57,370 nt of DNA from Candidatus Moraniibacteriota bacterium (GCA_023133275.1 JAGLWU010000027.1:1-57370), one strand, 5' to 3'. Positions 19,332 through 28,640 are shown, counted from the stretch's first letter. A program made the numbers and translations. Notes: generated by a model from the letters alone, not told the origin.

Positions 19332-19628
19332 CTACATTTCATGCAGACTTTTATCTGTACACCAATAAATAACACGAGTAGAATCTGTTCTCCTTGTTTT
19401 TGGTGAATAGAGATAATAAAAGTTTCCAGTGTAGATCGAATTCTTTTCTTCGCAAACAGCCGTAGCTTTTTCGTTGACTTTTTTTTCAAGTCTTGTAAAA
19501 ATTTGTTTGTTTTGAAGTATTGTTGGGTAATTGCCAATAAGGGTTATTGCAACAACTACAATTATCATTGCAATGATTGACAAAATATTTTGCATAGCAT
19601 CGCTTAGGTTATTCCACCACGTAATCAT
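19332..19628 (-). CDS. Hypothetical small protein with an N-terminal TM helix
   Basis: AGGAGA RBS 5 nt upstream of ATG. Hydrophobic helix ILSIIAMIIVVVAITLIG. Confidence 0.4.
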   Translation of the reverse strand: MITWWNNLSDAMQNILSIIAMIIVVVAITLIGNYPTILQNKQIFTRLEKKVNEKATAVCEEKNSIYTGNFYYLYSPKTRRTDSTRVIYWCTDKSLHEM

Positions 19629-19738
19629 AACTATCTCCTGTTTTTTCTATTGATTTGTTAAATAACATTCTTGACTGCAATTTTTTATTCTACATTATTA
19701 TTATGTCAAGTCTAAAATTTTCCCAAAAACATAAAACC

Positions 19739-19761
19739 CAAAAAGTCCGTGCGGCGAGCAC
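19739..19761 (+). repeat. 21-nt GC-rich intergenic motif
   Basis: CAAAAAGTCCGTGCGGCGAGCAC, 68 nt upstream of murJ. Confidence 0.8.
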
Positions 19762-19828
19762 AGGAATTATTAAAATTTTCGTTTCAAAAAATATTAAAGT
19801 ATTATAATAAAAAATAAACTATAACATA

Positions 19829-21259
19829 ATGAAACAACAAATCACAAAATTTTCGCAAAATCTACAAAAAGAATTTCAAAAAATAATTTTTTCAATCAAT
19901 TCTTTTTCCAAACTCAAAAAAACATTTTTACATACAGCTTTTGCCTTAACTTTTACTTCAGGATTAAGTTACATTTTCGGATTTTTGCGAGACAAAACTT
20001 TTGCCTACAAATTTGGAGCGGGGGAAATTTTAGACACATACTATTCAGCTTTTGCAGTAACAGATTTCGTTTTAGCAATTTTTGTAACAAGCAGTATCGG
20101 AGTGGCCTTCATTCCGATTTTCACAAAATTAAATGTTGAAAATTCTAAAAAAGCGAGTTTATATACACGGGATATTTTATTTTGGTTATCTACTGCAGTT
20201 ATTTTATTTTCGATTTTGATTGCGATTTTTATACCGTTTTTTGTTAATTTTCTAGTTCCCGGATTTAGTCAGGATCAACAACAACTTTATATTTCTTTTG
20301 TGAGAATTATGCTTTTGTCGTCAGTTATTTTTTCTTTCAGTAATGTATTTGGCGGAGTGTTGATTAGCACAAAAGATTTTTTCTTTTATGGAATTGCTCC
20401 GACTTTTTATAATTTAGGAATTATTTTTGGAGCTTTTTTTCTAGTGCCAAACATTGGATCAATTGGGTTGGCTTGGGGAACAGTTTTTGGAGCTTTATTA
20501 CATGCTTTAATTCGTCTTGTGATTTTTGTACAGAGAGTGGAGGTAGGTAATTATTTTTCTCTGCAAATTAGCTTTTCCAAAGAAATTAAAGAAACAATTT
20601 TTCTGATGATGCCCAAAATTTTACAAATTTCTGCTTGGCAAATTTTACTAATTTGGTTTACACGTTTGGCGACAAATTTATCGGAGGGAAGTGTAACGAT
20701 GTATAATATTGCTCGTAATTTTCAAAGTATGCCAGTAAGTTTGTTAGGGATTGCAATTTCATTGAGTGCGTTTACGTCTCTAAATGAATTGTTAGTACAG
20801 AAAAAATATCTGAGTTTTTCTGAAATGGTAAAGAAAAAAAGTTTTTTAATATTATTTTTAACTTCAGGATCAGCTTTGGTTTTAGCAGGATTGAGTTTTT
20901 GGATTATTAAGTTTCTTTTGGGTGGAGGTCAGTTTGGTTCAGAAGAAGTTAAAATGACAGCTTTGATTTTGGTAACGTATGCAATTTCAATTCCTTTAGA
21001 AAGTTGGATGCATTTATTGGCTCGAATTAATTATGCTTTGGGCAATACCATTATTCCATCAGCAATTCACATTTTAACAATCAGCATTACAATTCTAGTA
21101 AGTTGGATTTTTGTTGGTCAAATTGGTATTTTTATTATTCCAATTTCTTTTACTGTTGGATTAGTTATTCAGGACTTACTTTTACTTTTGAGTTATAAGA
21201 TTTTGCATTTTAGGGTAAGAAATAAAATATCTGTGGTATTTTTTGGAAATACTTTTTAA
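19829..21259 (+). CDS. murJ: Lipid II flippase MurJ (MviN family)
   Basis: About 14 TM segments. N-terminal region FGFLRDKTFAYKFGAGEILDTYYSAF matches the MurJ signature (…RD…A..FGA…D.F..AF). Confidence 0.7.
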   Translation: MKQQITKFSQNLQKEFQKIIFSINSFSKLKKTFLHTAFALTFTSGLSYIFGFLRDKTFAYKFGAGEILDTYYSAFAVTDFVLAIFVTSSIGVAFIPIFTKLNVENSKKASLYTRDILFWLSTAVILFSILIAIFIPFFVNFLVPGFSQDQQQLYISFVRIMLLSSVIFSFSNVFGGVLISTKDFFFYGIAPTFYNLGIIFGAFFLVPNIGSIGLAWGTVFGALLHALIRLVIFVQRVEVGNYFSLQISFSKEIKETIFLMMPKILQISAWQILLIWFTRLATNLSEGSVTMYNIARNFQSMPVSLLGIAISLSAFTSLNELLVQKKYLSFSEMVKKKSFLILFLTSGSALVLAGLSFWIIKFLLGGGQFGSEEVKMTALILVTYAISIPLESWMHLLARINYALGNTIIPSAIHILTISITILVSWIFVGQIGIFIIPISFTVGLVIQDLLLLLSYKILHFRVRNKISVVFFGNTF

Positions 21260-21512
21260 GAAATTTTTAAGGAAAATATTTTTTGTGCCAATCTGCTTTA
21301 TCTACCGACAGACAGACGACAAAGACAGGCTTACCGTACAGACTTTTGAAAATTCTATTGATATTTTGGGAGATGTAGATAATTTTCGTTATAAAAAAGC
21401 TTTTGAAAAAATTGCTTGTGATAAAAATTTAGATATTATTTTTACAATTTTAACTTCGCAAGATAAAACTCCAGTTGAAAAAGTGGTGAACGCAATTATT
21501 GAGTTTAGCTAG
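21243..21512 (+). CDS. Hypothetical ORF (89 aa), doubtful
   Basis: Overlaps the murJ 3' end by 17 nt. Contains a GC-rich GACAGAC low-complexity tract at 21296-21340 that resembles the intergenic repeat at 28661-28700. Confidence 0.25.
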   Translation: MEILFKKFLRKIFFVPICFIYRQTDDKDRLTVQTFENSIDILGDVDNFRYKKAFEKIACDKNLDIIFTILTSQDKTPVEKVVNAIIEFS

Positions 21513-21611
21513 AAAAATCAAAAATTAATTATTTGAATTTTATTGACTTTTTTTTGAAAAGATGATAATCTGAACAGAGTGTTAATTTTTCTTGAATTTT
21601 ATTTTAATTAT

Positions 21612-21746
21612 ATGAAAAGAACTTATCAACCAAAGAGGAGAAAGAGAAATCGAGTGCATGGTTTTTTGAAGAGAATGGCGACTGCAACTGGGCGTCAGGT
21701 TATTAAAAGACGTAGACAAAAAGGTAGAGCTAAATTGTCTGTTTAA
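21612..21746 (+). CDS. rpmH: 50S ribosomal protein L34
   Basis: 44 aa, [44 protein letters not shown], near-identical in pattern to bacterial L34. Missing from the ORF track because it is under 60 aa. Confidence 0.85.
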   Translation: MKRTYQPKRRKRNRVHGFLKRMATATGRQVIKRRRQKGRAKLSV

Positions 21747-21851
21747 TTTTTCTTTTGAATGTTTAAAAACAGCTCATTTGTGGACTGTTTTTTTATTGAC
21801 AAATCTAATTAGATAGGTAAAATAATTATATAATTTTTAACGATTAAAGAT

Positions 21852-22970
21852 ATGGCAAATAAGGCTTTGATGATAAGATCTCTAGACTTATCAGAAAATA
21901 CTGTTAATTCTGGTGGAGGAGATTTATACTTTTTTGATTTACTGAGTAATTTACTGAATAATGTTTTTGAGTTAATATCTTCTCTTTTGACCACTTTCTT
22001 AGTGATCTGTGTAATTTACATTGTTTTTAAGATGTTAGTTTTATCCAGAGGAGGTAATGGTAAAGAGGCTGTGGCAGCAGTAACGACTGACATCAAAAAA
22101 GTTTTTGAATTTTTTTTGGGTATTTTATCGGCAATTTGGAATTGGGTTTTAAATGTTTTTGTATTTTTCAAGAAAAATAAGTTGGTTATGGGAGTTGTTG
22201 TAGGACTGGTGATTGTTTTAATAATTGTATCTAAATATAATTTGGTTCAGGTGATGAGAATTCAATCTGGACAAAAAGGAGTGGACACAATTTCAGGTAA
22301 GGTGCTAGATCCAGGAACTTATGTTATTTCTCCTTTGAAATCGAATTATGTTATTTCTCATGTGGCTAATTATCAATTTGATATTGTTGAAATTACAGCT
22401 GATTCAAAAGAATTGCAAGATGTTGTGATGGATGTAAACTTGACTTTCCACTTAAAAGAAGAAAAATTAGTGGATTTCTATCAACGAGAAGGCTTGGTTA
22501 GTATCTGGGATGTATCTGATTCAATTGTAACACCAAGAGTGGTGGAAAAAATAAAAAATGTAGTGAAAAATTACTCATTCAAAGAGGTAACACAGAAACA
22601 AATTGAAGTAAAAGAAAGTGTTATAAAAGAGATTAAAGTAGTACTTGATCCATTAGGAATTGAGGTGGATGATTTGAATATTGTAAATATTAGAATTTCT
22701 AGTGATTTAGTTAAGACTTTAGGTGAGCGTGATATTTTGGATGAGAAAATGGAGATTGCTGAAAAAGAATTAAAAATCGCCGAACAGGAAAAAGCTAAAA
22801 AAGTGATTGAAGCTCAAGGAATAGCTGAGTCAAATCGAGAAATTAGTTCTCAACAGATCACTGCTGAAATGTTGGAACTCAAAAAGATCGAAAATACAGC
22901 ACAAGCAATTGAACAATGGGATGGAAAAATGCCAAATCAAGTTGGTGGTAACTTTTCATTATCAGAATAG
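21852..22970 (+). CDS. SPFH/band-7 (flotillin/HflK-like) membrane protein
   Basis: N-terminal TM segments, then an SPFH-like core (…VLDPGTYVISPL…ITADSKELQDVVMDVNLTFHL…), then a C-terminal E/K/A-rich coiled coil. Confidence 0.55.
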   Translation: MANKALMIRSLDLSENTVNSGGGDLYFFDLLSNLLNNVFELISSLLTTFLVICVIYIVFKMLVLSRGGNGKEAVAAVTTDIKKVFEFFLGILSAIWNWVLNVFVFFKKNKLVMGVVVGLVIVLIIVSKYNLVQVMRIQSGQKGVDTISGKVLDPGTYVISPLKSNYVISHVANYQFDIVEITADSKELQDVVMDVNLTFHLKEEKLVDFYQREGLVSIWDVSDSIVTPRVVEKIKNVVKNYSFKEVTQKQIEVKESVIKEIKVVLDPLGIEVDDLNIVNIRISSDLVKTLGERDILDEKMEIAEKELKIAEQEKAKKVIEAQGIAESNREISSQQITAEMLELKKIENTAQAIEQWDGKMPNQVGGNFSLSE

Positions 22971-23043
22971 ATTTTTTAAAGTAAAACTTTCTAGTTGTGA
23001 AGTTTTGCAGTGTGGTTAATGACTTTTCTTTAATTAAAATAAA

Positions 23044-23072
23044 AACACCTTCTTTATCAGAGGTGTTTTTTT
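23044..23072 (+). terminator. Rho-independent terminator after the SPFH gene
   Basis: ACACCTTCT / AGAGGTGT stem followed by TTTTTTT. Confidence 0.55.
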
Positions 23073-23177
23073 GAAAACTTTTTAGATATTTTACGTATTA
23101 TTGGTAACAGGTTGGGTGGTGTAGCTTTTAGTTTGCTATAATATAGAAATGAAGAGAATTATTTTTAAATTCGAAAA

Positions 23178-23765
23178 ATGAAAGATTATCAAAATATCTC
23201 TGACAATCAGTTGGTGGAGTTTTCCAAAAAAAATCCTGATGATTTTGGTGAGTTAATTAAACGGTATCAGAATCAACTTTTTCATTATGTAAAAAGAATT
23301 TCTTATTTTTCTAATGAAGATATAGAGGATATTTTACAAAATGTTTTTATTAAAATTTACAAGAATCTAAATAATTTTGATCAAGATTTAAAATTTTCCA
23401 CGTGGGCTTATCAAATTACTCGCAATACTACAATTGATAATATTCGTTCAAAACAAGCACGACCGCAGACGGTAGATTTAGAACAAGATGATTTAGAAAG
23501 ATTTTTTCAGTCAGGAGAAAGTGTTGAAAGAAATATTTTTAAAAAAGATGATTGGAAAAAAATTAAAAAAATAATTTATGAAATGCCATTTAAGTATCGA
23601 GAGATTTTAGTTTTGAAATTTTTAGAGGAAAAGAGTTATGAGGAAATTATGGATATTTTGAAAAAACCGAAAGGTAGTGTGGCGACGTTGATTAGTCGAG
23701 GGAGGAAATTATTGGAAAAAGAATTAGAGAAAAATAATTTGTTTTTGGAAAAGCTGAGAAATTGA
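23178..23765 (+). CDS. ECF-type RNA polymerase sigma-70 family factor
   Basis: Region 2 FSTWAYQITRNTTIDNIR and region 4 HTH YREILVLKFLEEKSYEEIMDIL…SRGRKLL. Confidence 0.8.
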   Translation: MKDYQNISDNQLVEFSKKNPDDFGELIKRYQNQLFHYVKRISYFSNEDIEDILQNVFIKIYKNLNNFDQDLKFSTWAYQITRNTTIDNIRSKQARPQTVDLEQDDLERFFQSGESVERNIFKKDDWKKIKKIIYEMPFKYREILVLKFLEEKSYEEIMDILKKPKGSVATLISRGRKLLEKELEKNNLFLEKLRN

Positions 23766-23795
23766 TATTTATTAATTTTTTCAAATAATACAATT

Positions 23796-23848
23796 TGTCA
23801 TTCTGAACGGATTTATTTTTTCGCTAAAAAAATAAAGGCGTGAAGAAT
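23796..23848 (-). repeat. Core repeat module, reverse orientation
   Basis: TGTCATTCTGAACG, AT hairpin TTTATTTTTTTAGCGAAAAAATAAA, then GTGAAGAAT. This is the reverse complement of the core found at 23903, 30867, 47065 and 55032. Confidence 0.7.
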
Positions 23849-23885
23849 TTTGATAAGTTTTTCTACTACTTTATTAATTTAAAAG

Positions 23886-24060
23886 TTTTATGATTTTCTG
23901 TAGGGGATTCTTCACTTCATAAATTTTTTTACAAAAAATTTATTACGTTCAGAATGACTGGTAATTTGAATGACAGGAGACTTTAATGACAATAAATGTT
24001 ACAGAGAATTTTTAGAATTTCGAAAAAGGTTAGATGGTGAAAAGCCTGTGCGGCGAGCAC
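23886..24060 (+). repeat. Composite intergenic repeat element, copy L1 (core module plus terminal 21-nt motif)
   Basis: Core GGGGATTCTTCAC, hairpin ATAAATTTTTTTACAAAAAATTTAT, CGTTCAGAATGACT (23903-23958). ATGACA sub-repeats. Ends GAAAAGCCTGTGCGGCGAGCAC at 24039-24060. Confidence 0.75.
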
Positions 24061-24103
24061 AATTTATTTTTTAAAGTTATAATTATTTTTTTAAATTAAA
24101 ATT

Positions 24104-24859
24104 ATGAGTAAAGATATTTCTGGACAAATAGTTGATAAAATTAAGAAAGAGAAAATTAGTTTGAGACCTCGAGTTTTTGATTATCGAAGTTTTCTTTTTT
24201 GGATAATTTTTGCTTTTTTAATTATTCTTGGCGGAATGTCTTTTTCACTGATTTTAATTTCGATTTTTAGTTTTGGTCGGGAAAATTTTCAATATGCTTC
24301 AGGTGGATTTTGGAAAATATTTTTAATGTCAATTCCTTATCTTTGGGTGATTTTTTTTGGTACTTTTGCTTATTTTGGACTGCGGGTTTTTCGTTCGACA
24401 AAGAGGGGTTATCGGCAAAATTTTTCGTTAATTTTATTGATTATATTTTTAGCGAGTTTTAGTTTTGGTTCCTTACTTCATATTTTTGGTTTTAGTAGGA
24501 GAATGCATCAATCTATGGTTGATCGAGTTCCTTTTTATCAAAACATAACTCCTACTATGGAAGGTCAATGGGCGAGACCAGATATGGGTATGTTGGGTGG
24601 TCAAATTATTAAAACTGGAAAAGATTTTATTGTTGTGCAAAATTTTCGGAGTAAAAAAATCACTGTGATTTATTCAAAGGAAAGTATTATTGGGGAAGAT
24701 GTTAAATTGGAAAAAGGTGAAAAAGTGCGAGTAGTGGGCAAAAGAGTTGATGAGGAGACTTTTGAAGCGAAAATTATTCAGTCTTGGGAGAATGATAGAT
24801 CTTTGTCGCCTCAAGATAAGGAGAAGATAATGAATTTAAGAAAAAAGAATATTAGATAA
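24104..24859 (+). CDS. Hypothetical polytopic membrane protein with a C-terminal soluble domain
   Basis: Four to five hydrophobic helices followed by a charged C-terminus. Lies downstream of the ECF sigma gene and could be an anti-sigma partner, but no signature supports that. Confidence 0.5.
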   Translation: MSKDISGQIVDKIKKEKISLRPRVFDYRSFLFWIIFAFLIILGGMSFSLILISIFSFGRENFQYASGGFWKIFLMSIPYLWVIFFGTFAYFGLRVFRSTKRGYRQNFSLILLIIFLASFSFGSLLHIFGFSRRMHQSMVDRVPFYQNITPTMEGQWARPDMGMLGGQIIKTGKDFIVVQNFRSKKITVIYSKESIIGEDVKLEKGEKVRVVGKRVDEETFEAKIIQSWENDRSLSPQDKEKIMNLRKKNIR

Positions 24860-25147
24860 GTTTTTTCAATAGAACTCTTCGGAAACTCCAATAAAATCTA
24901 TTAAGATTACCACATTCCACTTTACCATACTTGCAATGATAAGAACTTTTCTAAATATATTTTTTAATTTTCATAATTTCCGAAGAAGTCTAATATTACT
25001 AATTTGATAGTATTATTACACGTTCAATAAATTAAAATAATTAAATAAACTATCTTGTTTACAATCTATAATCAGAAGGGTATTTTAGACTTAGGAATTT
25101 TTCTATTGTATTTTGTGAAAGTTAAATTAAGTTTTAATTTTTTATAC

Positions 25148-25176
25148 TTGACTTTTTATTTGATATGGGGTATATT
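25148..25176 (+). promoter_or_regulatory. Putative promoter for the DEAD-box helicase gene, giving a ~90-nt 5' UTR
   Basis: TTGACT (25148-25153), 17-nt spacer, TATATT (25171-25176). Confidence 0.45.
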
Positions 25177-25270
25177 AAATGTTTGTTGATTGATGAACTT
25201 GAGTAATTATATTTTCTCTCTTTTCATCTTAGAACAAGAGTGTTAATTAATTACTAATAAATTCAATTTT

Positions 25271-26470
25271 ATGGCACGTGAAAAAAGAAATTACTATGGA
25301 AATAGTAAAGGTGGGGGCGGTAAGTTTAATAATAAAAGATCTAAAAGAAGACGTGGACCGAAGAAAGAGAATATTCATCCATCAAAGTTTATAAAGGTAG
25401 CTTGTATTAAAGAACAAGAGGAATATAAGCCGAAAAATACTTTTGAGGATTTTAAAATTCCTGATCTTATTCAAAAAAATATTACTAGACAAGGAATTGT
25501 AACTCCTTCTCCAATTCAAGATCAATCAATTCCGCAAGGAATGGCTGGCAATGATATTCTTGGTATTGCAAATACAGGAACAGGAAAAACTATGTCTTTT
25601 GCTCTTCCGGTACTTAAAAGATTATTGAAAGATAAAGATTCTAAAGTGATCATTATGGCACCGACAAGGGAGTTAGCACAGCAAATATTAGATGAGTTTA
25701 AAATGCTTACTCGAGGGGCAAAAGTATTTTGGGCATTACTGATTGGAGGAACTTCAATGCGTACACAACTTAAAGATCTTTCTAAAAAACCTCGTATCAT
25801 TATTGGTACTCCGGGGCGTATCCAAGATCACATTAAGAGAAAAAGTTTAAATTTAGCAACAGTTAATATGGTTGTTTTAGATGAGGTTGATAGGATGCTT
25901 GACATGGGATTTATTGATGATATGAAAAATATTTTGGGAAAACTCGCACAAGATAGACAATCATTTTTCTTTTCAGCAACAATGAATTCTAAAGTGCGTA
26001 ATTTAATAAATGAATTTTCAAAAGATCCAGTTACAATTTCAGTGAAAACAGGAAATACAAGTGATAATATTAATCAAGATGTTGTTAAGTATAGATCTCC
26101 TGATGATAAGTTTGATAAACTTCATAAATTGTTGACGGAAAATAAAAAGAACAAATTTTTGATTTTCGATGAAACGAAGAGAGGCGTTGATAAGTTGAAC
26201 AAGTCATTGCAAGAGCGAGGATTTCGTGTGGATGCGACTCATGGAGATAAAAGTCAAGGACAAAGAAAGCGGGTTCTTGCAAAATTTAAAGTTAATCAAA
26301 TAAGTGTTTTAGTAGCGACGGATGTGGCTGCTCGTGGGATTGATATTAAAGATATTACTCATGTGATTAATTATTCGACTCCGCAAAGTTATGATGATTA
26401 TGTTCATCGGATTGGTCGGACGGGTAGAGCTGGTCGTATAGGACATGCTTTTACTTTTATCAGGGGGTAG
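25271..26470 (+). CDS. DEAD-box ATP-dependent RNA helicase
   Basis: Q-motif GIVTPSPIQ, motif I ANTGTGKT, Ia PTRELA, II VLDEVD (DEVD variant), III SAT and VI HRIGRTGRAG. K/R-rich N-terminal extension. Confidence 0.9.
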   Translation: MAREKRNYYGNSKGGGGKFNNKRSKRRRGPKKENIHPSKFIKVACIKEQEEYKPKNTFEDFKIPDLIQKNITRQGIVTPSPIQDQSIPQGMAGNDILGIANTGTGKTMSFALPVLKRLLKDKDSKVIIMAPTRELAQQILDEFKMLTRGAKVFWALLIGGTSMRTQLKDLSKKPRIIIGTPGRIQDHIKRKSLNLATVNMVVLDEVDRMLDMGFIDDMKNILGKLAQDRQSFFFSATMNSKVRNLINEFSKDPVTISVKTGNTSDNINQDVVKYRSPDDKFDKLHKLLTENKKNKFLIFDETKRGVDKLNKSLQERGFRVDATHGDKSQGQRKRVLAKFKVNQISVLVATDVAARGIDIKDITHVINYSTPQSYDDYVHRIGRTGRAGRIGHAFTFIRG

Positions 26471-26496
26471 AAAAATCTTTTAAAAATTTGGTTATA

Positions 26497-26528
26497 AAAA
26501 ACAAGCTTTCGGGCTTGTTTTTTTGTTT
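26497..26528 (+). terminator. Rho-independent terminator after the helicase gene
   Basis: ACAAGC-TTTCGG-GCTTGT stem-loop followed by TTTTTTT. Confidence 0.6.
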
Positions 26529-26598
26529 AAGATTAAAAGTTGTCATTTTGGTTAGGGCAGAACTTACGGACAATGAAAATTTTTTGAAAAGAATTCTT

Positions 26599-26622
26599 GT
26601 GCTCGCCGCACGGGCTTTTTTG
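26599..26622 (-). repeat. 21-nt GC-rich intergenic motif, reverse orientation
   Basis: GTGCTCGCCGCACGGGCTTTTTT, the reverse complement of AAAAAAGCCCGTGCGGCGAGCAC. Confidence 0.8.
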
Positions 26623-26749
26623 GGTTTAAAATTTTAAATCACTATAAAATTTTTCCAATTTTCCAAATATATTATTCCTGAATATTTTTTTTGAGTCGTA
26701 TTGTAGAGTCGTTTTAGTAAAACAACTCTGCTTCCAAGATCTTAAATTT

Positions 26750-27685
26750 TTACAAAATAGACATCCAAAAAGGCAAAGTCAAAATTGACAATATTGTACT
26801 TAACACAATCGAATGAGCAATGAATTTTTTATTCAAATTATATTCATCTGCCAGAGCAAAAGGCGTGATAGCAAAAGGCATAGCTAATTCTATAATTGAA
26901 ATTGAAAAATTTGAAGGAGAAAAACCAAAAATTTTTAAACTGAAATAAAAAATAGCGGGTAATAATATCAAAGTTACGATGGAGAATAAAAATATAAAAA
27001 ACCATTCCGATAATTTTCCGAATTTTGATGACCCGATAAATATTCCTATCACCAATAAAACAATCGGAGTTACAGAAGTACTGATCATATTTAAAGGTTT
27101 ATTTAAAATTAGTGGAATTTCAATATTTAATATTCCAAAAATTATTCCAAAAATTATTGCAATAATGAGAGGTTTTTTAAAAAGGTTTATGAATAAATGT
27201 TTGATGATATGTCTTTCTCCATTACTATTATTTGCATAATCTAAGTAGCCGACGCCAACTGTGAATATCCAAAAAAAGTAAATTGCTATCAAGAGACTTA
27301 TTTGAGACAGTGTATTTTCTCCGTAAACTTGAGTGATGACTGGAATTCCGAGATAAGCAATATTTCCAAAAGTGAGACAAAAGAAAAGTGTTAAAAAAGT
27401 TTGTTTTGTAAACTTGAAAATTTTATTGAGTGCGATTATCATTATAAATCCAGTGAGTACAACTACGGAATTAGCTAGGATGAGTGGAAATTCTGCTTTG
27501 AAGGAAAATGATGTTTTTGCGAGGGCGGAAAAAAGTAAAATTGGTAATCCGATTTTAACGGCGAATTCATTTAAAACTTTTGACCAGTAATCATGGATGT
27601 AATTTAGTTTTCTTAAAATTGCACTGACGAAAATGATTATGAACAGTGGTGCGATGATATTTATTATTTGGATGATTTGAAACAT
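26750..27685 (-). CDS. Auxin-efflux-carrier (AEC) family membrane transporter
   Basis: About 10 TM helices in a two-repeat architecture. N-terminus MFQIIQIINIIAPLFIIIFVSAILRKL is typical of AEC/malate permease-like proteins. Confidence 0.6.
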   Translation of the reverse strand: MFQIIQIINIIAPLFIIIFVSAILRKLNYIHDYWSKVLNEFAVKIGLPILLFSALAKTSFSFKAEFPLILANSVVVLTGFIMIIALNKIFKFTKQTFLTLFFCLTFGNIAYLGIPVITQVYGENTLSQISLLIAIYFFWIFTVGVGYLDYANNSNGERHIIKHLFINLFKKPLIIAIIFGIIFGILNIEIPLILNKPLNMISTSVTPIVLLVIGIFIGSSKFGKLSEWFFIFLFSIVTLILLPAIFYFSLKIFGFSPSNFSISIIELAMPFAITPFALADEYNLNKKFIAHSIVLSTILSILTLPFWMSIL

Positions 27686-27755
27686 GATTTTTAGTTATTG
27701 AAATATTTATTATTTAAGTATATGATTTTTCTTTTTATTTGGCAATTTTATATTT

Positions 27756-27786
27756 GTAGAGAGATGTAGCAGTGCTACGTCTCTAC
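27756..27786. repeat. Imperfect 31-nt palindrome in the divergent promoter region
   Basis: GTAGAGAGATGTAGCAG|TGCTACGTCTCTAC, with 7-bp and 6-bp arms around a small bulge. Confidence 0.5.
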
Positions 27787-27906
27787 GGATAAAAATGAAA
27801 ACTTTTTGTTTTTCTTGCGTATTATTAGGTGAGACGAGGGAATTTGACAAAAGCTAGCATCAATTTTTCTCGAATCAAATTAAATAATAAATAATTAAAA
27901 AGAATT

Positions 27907-28413
27907 ATGAAAAAGTCAAAAATGATTGTTCCTGCTCTAGTTTTAGGAGTGGCAACGATAGTAGGTGTTTCTAGTTTTAATAATGTTAGTGCTAATGAGG
28001 AATCGCAATATTCTCCAATTATGCAAAAGGTTGCGGAGAAATTTAATCTTAATCAAGATGAGGTAAAACAGGTTTTTGATGAAAATCGTGAAGAGCGAAG
28101 AGCTGAAAATAAAGCTAAAGCTGATGAAAGACTTAGTAAATTAGTTAATGAAGGGAAATTAACTGAAGATCAAAAAAATGTTTTAATTGCGAAAAGAGAA
28201 GAGATAAGACAGGAAAGAGAAAATTCTTTTGGTGAAATGAAAGATCTTTCTCCTGAAGAACGAAAAGAAAAAAGACAAGAACATCAAGAAGAAATGAAAA
28301 AGTTCTTTGAAGAACAGGGAATTGATCATGATGCTTTGATGGGAGATGGTGGAATGAGAAATGATCAAAAACAAGGATCTGGTCGTGGACAGGGTGGCGG
28401 TGATCGGCGTTAA
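27907..28413 (+). CDS. Secreted charged protein with LTxxQ-like motifs (possible Spy/CpxP-like periplasmic protein)
   Basis: Signal peptide MKKSKMIVPALVLGVATIVGVSS. KLTEDQKNVLIAKREEI and NLNQDEVKQVF resemble LTXXQ repeats. Gly/Arg-rich C-terminal tail. Confidence 0.4.
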   Translation: MKKSKMIVPALVLGVATIVGVSSFNNVSANEESQYSPIMQKVAEKFNLNQDEVKQVFDENREERRAENKAKADERLSKLVNEGKLTEDQKNVLIAKREEIRQERENSFGEMKDLSPEERKEKRQEHQEEMKKFFEEQGIDHDALMGDGGMRNDQKQGSGRGQGGGDRR

Positions 28414-28443
28414 GAAAGGTTTTTTGAAAAATAGTTTGATAAT

Positions 28444-28478
28444 AAAACTCCAACTTTTATAGTTGGAGTTTTTGTTTT
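28444..28478 (+). terminator. Rho-independent terminator
   Basis: Perfect stem AAACTCCAACT / AGTTGGAGTTT followed by a T-run. Confidence 0.65.
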
Positions 28479-28489
28479 GTTGATTTTTG

Positions 28490-28518
28490 TGTAGGGGTTT
28501 GCCAGTGGCAAACCCCTA
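28490..28518. repeat. Perfect 29-nt GC-rich palindrome
   Basis: GTAGGGGTTTGCCA-G-TGGCAAACCCCTAC, with 14-bp perfect arms. Confidence 0.7.
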
Positions 28519-28640
28519 CGAATGTGGTGAATTTTTTTATAATTTTTTACTATTTGTAGGAACTGGTTTTATAATCTATTCCTGCGAGACATTTGGGTTT
28601 CACAGTTTTTTTTGGGGATTATGGAATTAATTTTGTGTTT

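Noticed and set aside
21540-21612. Possible oriC next to rpmH
   Set aside because: rpmH often neighbours dnaA/oriC, but I found no cluster of TTATCCACA-like DnaA boxes and no AT-rich DNA-unwinding element beyond the genome's general AT-richness. It cannot be supported from this window.
26710-26745. Hairpin AGAGTCGTTTT…AAAACAACTCT downstream of the AEC transporter gene as its terminator
   Set aside because: On the minus strand the hairpin is followed by an A-run rather than a U-run, so it does not look like an intrinsic terminator for that gene. It may be incidental.
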